Shown here piece by piece: positions 28,913 to 38,510 of a DNA stretch of 64,000 nucleotides. The position numbers and the translations under genes are program-made. How positions within the stretch are numbered: position 1 is the first letter of the stretch; every line of letters starts with the position of its first letter. Origin of the DNA: Vulcanimicrobiota bacterium. GTDB taxonomy: Bacteria > Vulcanimicrobiota > Vulcanimicrobiia > Vulcanimicrobiales > Vulcanimicrobiaceae. The notes under the pieces are model-generated. The model was given only the letters and a program-made list of their open reading frames with translations. It was not told the DNA's origin and did no database searches. The stretch is taken from contig CAWGBN010000007.1 in NCBI GenBank assembly GCA_963820825.1, positions 160,001-224,000 on the forward strand, in the 5' to 3' direction.

Positions 28913-30585
28913 TACTCGCGCATGACTTGATGAACGAACGAGATCGCAATCGAACCTTCGCCGACCGCCGACGCGACGCGCTTGATGCTCTCGCTGCGAA
29001 TATCGCCGACGGCAAAGACGCGCGGGAGACTCGTTTCGAAGAGGTATGGCGAGCGCAAGAGCGGCCAGTTCGCCGTACTCAGATCCTCGGGCGAGAGCTG
29101 CGGCCCGGTCTTGACGAATCCTTTTGAATCGAGCGCGACGCACCCTTCGAGCCATGCACTGTTCGGCGCACCGCCGGTCATCACGAAGACGTGGCGTATC
29201 TCGTGCTGCTCGCTCTCGCCGGTTTGATTGTTTCGCCAGCGCACCGATTCGAGATGATCCTCGCCGGTGAGCTCGGCGATCTCGGTGTGCGGGTGCAGAA
29301 CGATATTCGACGTCTCTTCGATACGCCGGGCGAGATAGCGCGACATGGTCGCGGCGAGTCCGTCACCCCGAATCAACACGTGCACGCGCGTGCAGGATTT
29401 TGAAAGGAAGACCGCCGCCTGCCCGGCGGAGTTGGCCCCGCCGATGACGGCGACGTCCTCGTCGCAGCAGAGTTGCCGCTCGATCTCGGTCGCGCCGTAA
29501 TAGACGCCGGCGCACTCGAACTGGTCCAGCTTCGCAACGTCGAGCTTTCGGTACTGAACGCCGGTTGCGATCACGATGTTCCGCGTTTGAATGCGCGCGC
29601 CGTCGCTCGTCTCGACCGCATACGGCTGACGATCGCACCGTAGGCGCGCACTCGTCGCGGTGAGCAGCTGCGCGCCGAACTTCTCCGCTTGAGCGTAAGC
29701 CCGATCCGCGAGCTCTTCGCCGGAGATCCCGTTGGGGAAGCCCAAATAGTTTTCGATTCGCGAGCTCGATCCGGCCTGACCGCCCGGAGAGCCCGTCTCG
29801 ACGACGAGCACGTCGAGCCCCTCCGAGGCACCGTAGACCGCCGCCGCTAATCCCGACGGCCCCGCTCCGACGATCACGAGATCGCGAATCTGCTCGAGGC
29901 TGATCGATTCGTTGAATCCCAGGCACTTCGCAATTTCTTGGTTCGAAGGATTCCGCAGCGCGGCCTGACCGCGACAGATCACGACCGGAATATCTTCGGG
30001 CGTGAAATGGAAGCTCTCCATGAAGCCTTGGACGTCCGGATCGCGGTCGAGGTCGAGATAAGCAAAGGGATAGGCGTTGCGCCGAAAAAACTCTCGGATC
30101 CGTAGCGTATCCTTCGAATGAAGCGACCCGATGAGCGCGACGTCGCCGATCTCCGATCGAACCAAGCCGGCTCGGCGCAGGGTAAAGGCCCGCATGATGA
30201 TTTCGCCGAGCTCGGCGTCGCCTTGCACGAGCGCGATCAAGTTCTGACGGTTGACTTCGATCGCCTCACCCGGCTTGGTCACGCGAATCCGAAACAACGC
30301 CGGCCGCCCGACGAGCAGATTCACCTCGCCGGTAAACTGCCCCGGCCCGGTCACGCTCACCAAGTTTTCCGCATTGGTATTCGGCATCGGCCAGACGGTA
30401 TGAAGCTCGCCGGTTCGTATCAGAAGGAAGGGAAATGCCGTATCGCCTTGCTCGACCAGCACCTCGCCTTCGTGCAACGTACGCACGTGCCCCCGGGCCG
30501 CGACCCGCGACATTCGTGCCTCGTCCAGAGTCGGAAAGACGAGCTCAGGCGGGCCGGTGAACTTCACTTCTCGAGTCAGCGCCAT
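28912..30585 (-). CDS. cNMP-binding domain + thioredoxin-reductase-like FAD oxidoreductase
   Basis: GQFTGE cNMP region; VGAGPSG, SSRIENYLGFP, GGANSAGQ, GDIRS.SIKRVASAVGEG. Confidence 0.9.
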   Translation of the reverse strand: MALTREVKFTGPPELVFPTLDEARMSRVAARGHVRTLHEGEVLVEQGDTAFPFLLIRTGELHTVWPMPNTNAENLVSVTGPGQFTGEVNLLVGRPALFRIRVTKPGEAIEVNRQNLIALVQGDAELGEIIMRAFTLRRAGLVRSEIGDVALIGSLHSKDTLRIREFFRRNAYPFAYLDLDRDPDVQGFMESFHFTPEDIPVVICRGQAALRNPSNQEIAKCLGFNESISLEQIRDLVIVGAGPSGLAAAVYGASEGLDVLVVETGSPGGQAGSSSRIENYLGFPNGISGEELADRAYAQAEKFGAQLLTATSARLRCDRQPYAVETSDGARIQTRNIVIATGVQYRKLDVAKLDQFECAGVYYGATEIERQLCCDEDVAVIGGANSAGQAAVFLSKSCTRVHVLIRGDGLAATMSRYLARRIEETSNIVLHPHTEIAELTGEDHLESVRWRNNQTGESEQHEIRHVFVMTGGAPNSAWLEGCVALDSKGFVKTGPQLSPEDLSTANWPLLRSPYLFETSLPRVFAVGDIRSESIKRVASAVGEGSIAISFVHQVMRE

Positions 30586-30683
30586 TTCGTGAACCGCTTT
30601 CTAACGAAGCCGCGGGTCCACCCTGCGGGTGAGGTGAATTGCCCCCGGCCGCGAAACGTCCCGGCCTCGGAGGTAACGGCACA

Positions 30684-30920
30684 ATGGCAAACGACTCGCT
30701 CGACTTCGAAAGAGATATTCGCCCGATGTTCACCGATACGGACGTCGCTCACATGAAGCCGCTCGGCATCGATCTCTCTTCGGCCGCAGACGTGAAGCAG
30801 CACGCCGCAGCCATCTCCTCGACCGTCAGCGAAGGAACCATGCCGCCGCCAGGTTCGGGAGAGTCGCGCTGGTCACCCGAAATGTGCGACCGCTTCAAGC
30901 GTTGGATGGAACAAGGCTAA
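30684..30920 (+). CDS. Small conserved protein (F..DIRP.F...MPP...W...F..W motif)
   Basis: GGAGG RBS; 78 aa. Confidence 0.7.
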   Translation: MANDSLDFERDIRPMFTDTDVAHMKPLGIDLSSAADVKQHAAAISSTVSEGTMPPPGSGESRWSPEMCDRFKRWMEQG

Positions 30921-30927
30921 CCGCCAC

Positions 30928-32518
30928 GTGACGGCGATCATCGTCGTCTTTATCGCGATCATCGTTCTCGTCACGATCGCGAATCGGATCAACGTCGCGT
31001 ATCCGATCGTTCTCGTGCTCGGCGGGATGGCGATCGGCTACATCCCGGGCGTTCCGACTTTTCCGCTCCCGCCCGAGCTGGTCTTGGTCGTCTTCTTGCC
31101 CCCGCTGCTCTATTGGGAGAGCATCACCGCGCCCACGAGCGAGTTCCGAGCGGGCGCTTTTTGGATCTTCCAAATGGCCTTCGGATTGGTGATCATCACG
31201 ACGATCGTCGTCGCCGCGCTCGCGCATGCAATCGTGCCGGGCATGGGCTGGGGCGTCGCGTTCGTGCTCGGCGCGATCGTCTCGTCGACCGACGAGGTCG
31301 CATTTGCCGCGATTGCCGATCAGCTCAACGTGCCGCGGCACATCATCGGAACCATCGAGGGCGAGTCCCTCGTCAACGACGCGACATCGCTGATTCTCTA
31401 CGCCATCGGCATCGCGGCGGTCGTCGGCGCCTCTTTCTCGCTGCTGCACGCCGCGGGGGCTTTGGTTCTAACGATCTTCGGATCGGTCGTCCTCGGCCTT
31501 GCCGCTGCCGGACTCGCGGCTTTGGCGTGGCGCGTGCTTCAGAGACGAGACGTTGCAGGCCACGATCTCGGTGGTGGTTCCCTTTCTCGCCTACTTGCCG
31601 GCGTACTATCGTCGGCGCGTCGGGAGTGCTCGCGACGGTAACCGACCGGAGTCGTCGTCAGCCGCTTGTCGCCGCGCGTCTTGCAACCACGCGCGCGGGA
31701 GCTGCTAACCGGCTTCTGGGTGATCGTCGTCTTCTTGCTCAACGCCTTCATCTTCACCGAGGTCGGCATCCGCTTTCACGGATCGTTTCGGCGCTGCACG
31801 AATACTCTGCGTGGCAGCTGATTTGGTGGGGCTGCGCGGTCGCGCTAGCCTGCGTCGTGGTTCGTTTAGTCTGGACGTTCGCGCAAGGTCTGCTGCCGGT
31901 AACGAACGAGCCCGAACATGTCGCTGGCAAAGCCGATTGGTCGCACGTCGCCGCTCTTGGGGTGGACGGGAATGCGCGGCGGCGTTTCGCTCGCCGCGGC
32001 GCTCGCCATTCCGTTCGAGACCGTCGCCGGGCCCTTCCCGTTTCGAGACTTCTGATCTTCTTGACGTTCGTCGTGCTGCTGGTAACGCTGGTTGGACAGG
32101 GCGGCACGCTGCCGTGCACTGATCGCCGGCTGGGGATCGAAGGACGACGGTGCCGCCGTGCGCGAGGAGCGGCTGGCGTTGATGGCAACGGCCACGCGCG
32201 GGTTTGCGGGACTCGACGAGCTGGAACGCGAGGGGAATATACCCGCCCGACGTCTGGAACTGCACCGCAAGCGACTCAGGCGAGGCTCGCCGAGTTCACC
32301 GGCGGACGGCGGCGAGACGCGCGCCGCGCAAAAGACCGCGCGCTATCGGCGAGCTCAGCGCGAGCTAATCGCGGCCGAGCGTGCAAAACTCATCGAGCTT
32401 CGCGACACGCGGTAAGATCGACAACACGGTTTTACGGCGCCTGCAGCGCGTCTTCGATCTCGAGTCGGTCGAGCTCCAGGTCCTCGGTACGACCGGTCAT
32501 TCGGACATCGAGGAGTAG
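30928..32518 (+). CDS. Na+/H+ antiporter, CPA1 family (frameshifted)
   Basis: FLPPLLY, EGESLVND, GMRGGVSLAAALAIP, TLVGQG.TLP; several indels after about 31540. Confidence 0.85.
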
Positions 32519-32547
32519 CGTCGCGCGCCGGGGAAGCGGTTGGCCAT

Positions 32548-33895
32548 GATGCTGCGCTACGTTGCCGTCGTCTTCTTCACGCTTGCCGGATGCGCGACGG
32601 GCACGCAATCGACGCTGCCGTATATGCGCGAAGACGCCACGCTGCGTGCCGTCAACGCGACCGGCGCCGGAAAAATCACGCACGTGATCTTCATCGTGCA
32701 GGAGAACCGCAGCTTCGACAATCTCTTTCAAGGCTATCCCCACGCGGATACCGTTTCGCAGGGTATGAACTCGAACGGACAGACGATTACCCTTCAGCCG
32801 TCGTCGCTAAAGACCGTCTACATCATCGATCATTCGGTCTACGGCATGTTTGCGGCGTGCAACGGAACGGGAAGCGTTCCCGGGACGAACTGCCGCATGA
32901 ATGGATTCAACAACGAAGACACCTTCGGCGGACCGCAGAACCCGCAGTACGTCTACGTTCCCCATGACGAATCGAAGCCGTACTTCGACATGGCCCACGA
33001 GTGGGTCGTCGGCGACCGCATGTTCCAGTCGCAGCTCGACGAGAGCTTCGTCGCCCATCAGTACGTGATCGCCGCTCAAGCCCAATCGAGCGTCGATCTG
33101 CCGTACGGCGGATATTGGGGATGCAAAGGCGGGCCGCCCGACGTCGTTGAGACGATCACCCAAGACCGCAACCCCTACGGTCCCACGCAACAGGCCTGTT
33201 TCGATTACGAGACGCTCGGCGACGAGCTCGACCAGGCGAAGCTCACCTGGCGCTTCTACGCGGTACGCTACGGCAACGATGCCGGCGGCAACGGCGGCAC
33301 GTGGTCGGCTTATCAGGCGGTCCGCCACATCTTCTACGGCCACGATTGGAAGAGAGACGTCATCTCACCGAATTGGAAGTTCATCACCGACGTGCGCGCG
33401 GGCAAGCTCGCGAACTTCACCTGGATCACGCCCGAATGCGCCGAGTCGGATCATCTCGAATGCGGCGGCGGATACGGACCGTCGTGGGTTTCAGCAATCG
33501 TCAACACCGTCGGTGCCAGCAAGTTCTGGGATTCGACGGCGATCTTCGTGCAGTGGGACGACTGGGGCGGATTCTACGATCACGTCGCCCCCTCGTACCT
33601 GGATTACGACGGCACCGGCTTCCGCATTCCGCTCTTGGTCATCTCGCCGTACGCCAAGAAGAACTACGTCTCGCACACGCCGTATGAAACGGCGAGCGTT
33701 CTCCGCTTCGCCGAGGACCTTTACGGCCTCAAACAACTCGCCGCCGCGGACGCTCGCGCAACGTCGCCGGCGGGAGACTGTTTCGACTTCACCCAGAAGG
33801 CGCGCGCCTTCGTAAAGATCGAGGCTCCGTACCCGGCGAAGTTCTTTATCCGGCATCGCTTCTCGAGCAGTTACTTCGCGCCGGACTACGAGTGA
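32548..33895 (+). CDS. Phosphoesterase/phospholipase C lipoprotein
   Basis: Lipobox LAGC; QENRSFDNLF, SFVAHQ, WDDWGGFYDHV, GFRIPLLVISPY. Confidence 0.9.
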
Positions 33896-33904
33896 GGCGC
33901 TCGA

Positions 33905-34477
33905 GTGCCCGACCACCTCGAGGTTGAGCCGCACCGGCTGCAAGAAGACATCGCCGAAGCGCACGAATCGCTCGCCGAGAAACAGGGCGACGAGCGGCCG
34001 CCGATATGGGTACGCTACGTCGGTTTGACCGCCGCGATTTTTGCGGTGATTGCCGCAATCGCGGCGCTGCGCTCCGGTGCGCTGATCAACGAAGCCACGA
34101 TCGACCAAATCAAAGCCTCCGACACGTGGACCGAGTATCAGGCGTCGCGCGAAAAGGAGCATCTCTACACGATCGCGCTCGACGAGCTGACCGATCGCGG
34201 ATCGAAGAATACCAAGCGAATGAACGCCTACCGCGGTCAGATCGCCAAGGAGGTCGGCAAAGAGCAGCCGCTCGCCACGCGAGCGCGCAGCCTCGAAGAG
34301 GAGTCGGCCGCGGAAGTGCGCCGCCATCACGCCTTCGAATACGCCGTTGCGCTCTTGCAGGTCGCCATCGCCCTCGGCGCGGTCTCCGCGCTCGCGCGTT
34401 TCAAACCGGCGTGGTTCGTAAGTTTAGCGGCGGGCGTTGCCGGTGTCGCCGTCTTTCTTTGGGGGTTCGCGATTTAG
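33905..34477 (+). CDS. DUF4337 family membrane protein
   Basis: AIFAVIAAI, ASDTWTEYQA, AVALLQVAIAL. Confidence 0.75.
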   Translation: MPDHLEVEPHRLQEDIAEAHESLAEKQGDERPPIWVRYVGLTAAIFAVIAAIAALRSGALINEATIDQIKASDTWTEYQASREKEHLYTIALDELTDRGSKNTKRMNAYRGQIAKEVGKEQPLATRARSLEEESAAEVRRHHAFEYAVALLQVAIALGAVSALARFKPAWFVSLAAGVAGVAVFLWGFAI

Positions 34478-34548
34478 GGGAAGCGCTCGTGTAAGTTACG
34501 GCGGGGTGGGTATAGATTTCGTCTCTGAGCCCCGCAGGAGAACCAGCG

Positions 34549-35109
34549 ATGCGCACACTCACCCTGCTCCTTTTCGGCCTCGCGCTTACGGCTCAACCCG
34601 CAGCAGCGGCTACGGATCCCTATGCCGACGTTAGCACGATGCGATCCGCGTTTACGCACGTTCGCTCGGTCGTTGCGGTGGAACGCTTCAGCACCGGCCA
34701 AACCGCAACGGTCGAGTTCGCCTCTCCGAATCGCTACCACATCGTCATGCCGCGCTCGCAGATCATCCTTGCGGGAAACGTCGAGTACGCGCGCGCCAAC
34801 GGGGGCAGTTGGCGACGAGCTCCTCACGGCGCGGAGCATCAAGCCTTGCTCCAGGCAAGCTGGCAGCTCGCCGGACCGCCGAATATCGATATCCACCGGC
34901 TCTTCACGATCACTGCCCTCGGTACGCGAACGATCGACAACGCTCCCGTGCGCGGGTACCTGCTCCACGATGCGAATGGTGCCTATACTGAGACGATCTG
35001 GATCAACGCCAACAATCTCCCCGCGGCCGCGCGCATCGAGATGCCCACGGAGACGGTCGACATCCACTATATCAACTACAACGCCTCGGTCTTGATCGCG
35101 AAACCGTAA
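34549..35109 (+). CDS. Secreted hypothetical protein (LolA/LppX-like fold possible)
   Basis: AGGAG RBS; signal peptide; VEFASPNRYH, TIWI..NNLP, YNASV.I.KP. Confidence 0.6.
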   Translation: MRTLTLLLFGLALTAQPAAAATDPYADVSTMRSAFTHVRSVVAVERFSTGQTATVEFASPNRYHIVMPRSQIILAGNVEYARANGGSWRRAPHGAEHQALLQASWQLAGPPNIDIHRLFTITALGTRTIDNAPVRGYLLHDANGAYTETIWINANNLPAAARIEMPTETVDIHYINYNASVLIAKP

Positions 35110-35169
35110 GAGTCCGGGCCCGCCTGGTAGAACGTTCACAGCCTCAGAACCGAGGCCGTGAGGTGAGCA

Positions 35170-36816
35170 ATGCCGTACGCCGATCCTAATGCGTCGTTCG
35201 ATAGCGCCATCCGGCATTTTTTTCGTTATCTCGGCGACGTCCATCGGCTCAAACAGAATCCGCTGGTGCGCCGCTTCTTTGTAGGCGACGTCGTGCCGGC
35301 GCGATCGGCCCGCGTTCGGGACGAAGCGGCGCTGGCGCTCGTCCACCGCCTCGTTCGGGAAGCCGCGCAGCGCAGCTGCGACAGCGATGCGGCCGCAGGA
35401 CGGCACGAGCAGTCCCGCTGCAAGCACGCGATCGTCGCGCTGAATCTGCTCGGCGGGGAATCCGTCGAAAGCGTCGCGCGAACGCTGGGCGTATCAGCTC
35501 CGCATTGTTATCGCCTGCGAGCCGGCATCTGCAAGGCGATCGCCCAGCAGATTCAAGCCTACGATGACGAGCCGCCCGCCACGACCCTCCCCGCACTCGA
35601 CGAGTTTCGCGCGCGAATGTCCCACGCGGCGCTGCGCATCCGCATCGGCGACTTCGACGGCGCCATCGACGAGTACGAGCGCCTCGCGCAATCGAGCGGT
35701 TCGATACCGCGAAAGGTCGAGGCGCTCGGGCGGCTTTCGACGGCGCTGGTCGAGCGCGGGCGCGTCGATCGCGCCGAGGCGGCGCTTTCGTCGGCAGAGC
35801 GGCTGCTCGCAACGAATCCGGCTTCGCTCGGAGCCTCGGCGCGCGACATCGCTCGAGCACAGACGGAGTTCGCGCGATGGCGCCTGGCATCCGAGCGATG
35901 CGACCCGCAGGGTACCCTCGATGCGATTGCATCGGCCGCCGCACGCTTGGCCGGACTTCGCGGCGTGAAGCCGGATCACGTCGAGGAACTCCACGCCGAG
36001 GTGCTGCTCTACCTGAGTTGGACGCTACGAAACTACGGCGACTCCCGTGCCGCCGAGGAACGGGCGCTCTGCGACGCGGCGTCGGCGATCGCCCGCGTTC
36101 GGTCGCCGCGGCCCGCGCTCGCACTCGAGATCGGGCTCATCTTCGAGCGCACGCGCAACACCCGCATCCTCGACGCCGCGCAATGGCGACCGGCGCGGCG
36201 CCGACTGGAGGCGCTCACCGAACTCGACGAACGCGCCCGCGCGCTCGGCTCGTTCGATATCGATCTCAGCGCCGCGCTCGGATTCGTCGAGTACGGCGCC
36301 CAAATGGGCGATATCGAACTGGCCTGGCGGGCTGCCCGTTACGCGCTTTCGCTCGCGCGCCGGCATCCCAATCCACGCTTCGTTGCCGAGAACGCCGTGC
36401 ACGCCGCTGAGATCCTCGCGTATACCGATCACTGGCAATACGCACCGAGGCTGTTGCGCGAAGTCGATCGCGACGTGCTGTGTCTGGCTCGCCGCAGCGT
36501 GCGGGAGTGCGTCGAAGCCCTCTGTCACCTGCGTGCCGGACGCCATCACCGCGCGTGGAGCCTCGCGACCGCGCCCGAGCGCGCGGCAGATACGCCGCTC
36601 TACGCGGCGAAGATGAGCGCGATTGCAGCGAGCGCCGCCGAGGCATTGGGCTTGCACCGCAACGCGACCGAGCTCATCGAAGGCGCCGTTTCGCAACTGG
36701 AGGAGATTCGGACCGCGCTTCCGTTGCGCTACTCCTACCGACTTGCGGCCGAGATCACCGGCGATCGCCGATTCGGTCGAAAGGCCGATGACGTAACCTA
36801 CTTGGTCACGAGCTAA
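35170..36816 (+). CDS. Putative regulator: sigma70-r4-like HTH followed by a TPR-like helical region
   Basis: LKQNPLV; GESVESVARTLGVSAPHCYRLR HTH; Ala/Arg-rich helical repeats. Confidence 0.6.
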   Translation: MPYADPNASFDSAIRHFFRYLGDVHRLKQNPLVRRFFVGDVVPARSARVRDEAALALVHRLVREAAQRSCDSDAAAGRHEQSRCKHAIVALNLLGGESVESVARTLGVSAPHCYRLRAGICKAIAQQIQAYDDEPPATTLPALDEFRARMSHAALRIRIGDFDGAIDEYERLAQSSGSIPRKVEALGRLSTALVERGRVDRAEAALSSAERLLATNPASLGASARDIARAQTEFARWRLASERCDPQGTLDAIASAAARLAGLRGVKPDHVEELHAEVLLYLSWTLRNYGDSRAAEERALCDAASAIARVRSPRPALALEIGLIFERTRNTRILDAAQWRPARRRLEALTELDERARALGSFDIDLSAALGFVEYGAQMGDIELAWRAARYALSLARRHPNPRFVAENAVHAAEILAYTDHWQYAPRLLREVDRDVLCLARRSVRECVEALCHLRAGRHHRAWSLATAPERAADTPLYAAKMSAIAASAAEALGLHRNATELIEGAVSQLEEIRTALPLRYSYRLAAEITGDRRFGRKADDVTYLVTS

Positions 36817-36840
36817 CGCGTCCGCCGCGGCGCCGCGCCC

Positions 36841-36870
36841 TCCGTTTTATCGCAACGCTTCCGTTTTATC
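36841..36870. promoter_or_regulatory. Direct repeat TCCGTTTTATC x2 (operator candidate)
   Basis: Exact 11-mers at 36841-36851 and 36860-36870, upstream of the lipoprotein gene. Confidence 0.55.
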
Positions 36871-36914
36871 CGAATGCCGCGGGTGCCGCGGCGCCTTCGC
36901 GAAAACTGCGTCGC

Positions 36915-38108
36915 ATGAAGACTTCAACGTGGTGCAGGGCTCTGTTGGGCGCGCTTGCCGCCGGCCTACTCGCCGGATGCGGCAACGGTGCGCAGACGCC
37001 GATAGGCACCCTGACGCGGTCGAGCGGCTTCGCGCCGAGGCGCATGCTCGAGCTCCAAGCCGAGGGCAAGATCCCCGGCCCGTTTCCGAGGGCCGTCTTG
37101 CAGCAGGAGCTCAAGGAGATCGAGGGACATCCTCGCCCCCGCATCGAGGCTCATGGAAACGCGTCATCCGTGGCAATTTGGGCGACGAACGCCGAGTTCA
37201 ATTATCTCCTCGGCCTGAGCGCCAACGGCAAGAAGACGATCGCAGCGATCGACCTTCAGCCGCAGGACTGCTACAACCCGTTGAGCGTGAAGATCGACGG
37301 ATCCCACAACGTTTGGGTGTCCTGCGAATACAACTTCCTCGGAACCGGGGGAGAGATCCTCATCTACAGTAGCGCCGGAAAACTGAGGCAAACGTACGCG
37401 TGGTCCCCGTGTCCGCCTTCTTACTATTACTGCCTCACGAACGGCTACGACGATGGGCGCGATGCCAAAGGCAACGTCTTTGCCGCCGTTTCGTTCTACA
37501 CGTATGGAAATCCGAGCGGATCGGCGAGCGGAGCCGGCTTTGAATGGTGGAATCACAAAACGCCGTCGGCGCCTCCGAGCCTGATCGGTTCCGGCGCGTA
37601 CTGCGCGCCGGTCTGCACGGTCTATTTCATGGACGTGGACAACGCGGGAGACATCTGGTTCACCTACTTCGGAACGCAGAATTCCGTCAATGGTTATGGG
37701 CTCGCCGAGGTGACGCATCCAACGACGAATCCGAAGGTCGTCCCGATTATCGCACCCGGCGCGTACCAGTTCGCGGACGGCGTCTACGTGAGCGATCGAG
37801 GCAAGACGCTCACCGTCACCGATACCGGTACCCGCAAGCTCTACCAATACCATCTGCCGATCGCTCCGGGCGCCGCGCCATTCAATATTCTGGGTCCAAC
37901 GCCGTTAACGCGCATCCACGCCGGGGCGCCGTACAGCGGAAGCTTTAACAAAGACGAGAGCCTCATCGTCGAAGGCGACGAGTCTGGCTGGCTCGACATC
38001 GGAACCGTCGCGACGAACACGTGGAAGCGCGCCTGGCGCAATCCCAACTTCTCGCTGGGCTTGGGCGGCGCAGCGTACACGCCGTCAGACAAAAAAGAGG
38101 CGCTCTAG
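36915..38108 (+). CDS. Cys-rich lipoprotein, beta-propeller-like
   Basis: Lipobox LAGC; P.SVKIDGSHNVWV, MDVDNAGDIWF; C-terminal GAAYTPSDK. Confidence 0.75.
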   Translation: MKTSTWCRALLGALAAGLLAGCGNGAQTPIGTLTRSSGFAPRRMLELQAEGKIPGPFPRAVLQQELKEIEGHPRPRIEAHGNASSVAIWATNAEFNYLLGLSANGKKTIAAIDLQPQDCYNPLSVKIDGSHNVWVSCEYNFLGTGGEILIYSSAGKLRQTYAWSPCPPSYYYCLTNGYDDGRDAKGNVFAAVSFYTYGNPSGSASGAGFEWWNHKTPSAPPSLIGSGAYCAPVCTVYFMDVDNAGDIWFTYFGTQNSVNGYGLAEVTHPTTNPKVVPIIAPGAYQFADGVYVSDRGKTLTVTDTGTRKLYQYHLPIAPGAAPFNILGPTPLTRIHAGAPYSGSFNKDESLIVEGDESGWLDIGTVATNTWKRAWRNPNFSLGLGGAAYTPSDKKEAL

Positions 38109-38145
38109 CGGTAAGCTCGGGGTCGAACCTGGGTAACACCAGGGT

Positions 38146-38442
38146 ATGTCGCGAGCACCGCACTTCGATAAGATCGTGGAGCAAGTACACAAGCGCGTGC
38201 CGGAAGCGAAGGTCGAGACGACCGACGAGAATTTGCCGCGCTGGATGCTTGCCAACCGCGCGGCTTGGCTCGAGTACGATACTGACGGCAAGCTCTTGCT
38301 CAGCGGCACGAAGGGCGGCGGGTCGACCGTTACCCGCAAGCACAAGAATGACGAGACGGCCTCGGATGCCGCAGCCGTGATCGCCGAGCTTCTTCTCGAG
38401 CCGGTCAAGCCCGTGGAGGAAGGAGCCGAACGGCCGATCTGA
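38146..38442 (+). CDS. Hypothetical protein
   Basis: 98-aa ORF with normal composition filling the gap between genes. Confidence 0.55.
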   Translation: MSRAPHFDKIVEQVHKRVPEAKVETTDENLPRWMLANRAAWLEYDTDGKLLLSGTKGGGSTVTRKHKNDETASDAAAVIAELLLEPVKPVEEGAERPI

Positions 38443-38510
38443 CCTACTTCGGCTCAGCTTCAAAGGCGCGCCGGGCGCAGATCCGGTGGCCGTAATACGT
38501 TCAGCGCCGG

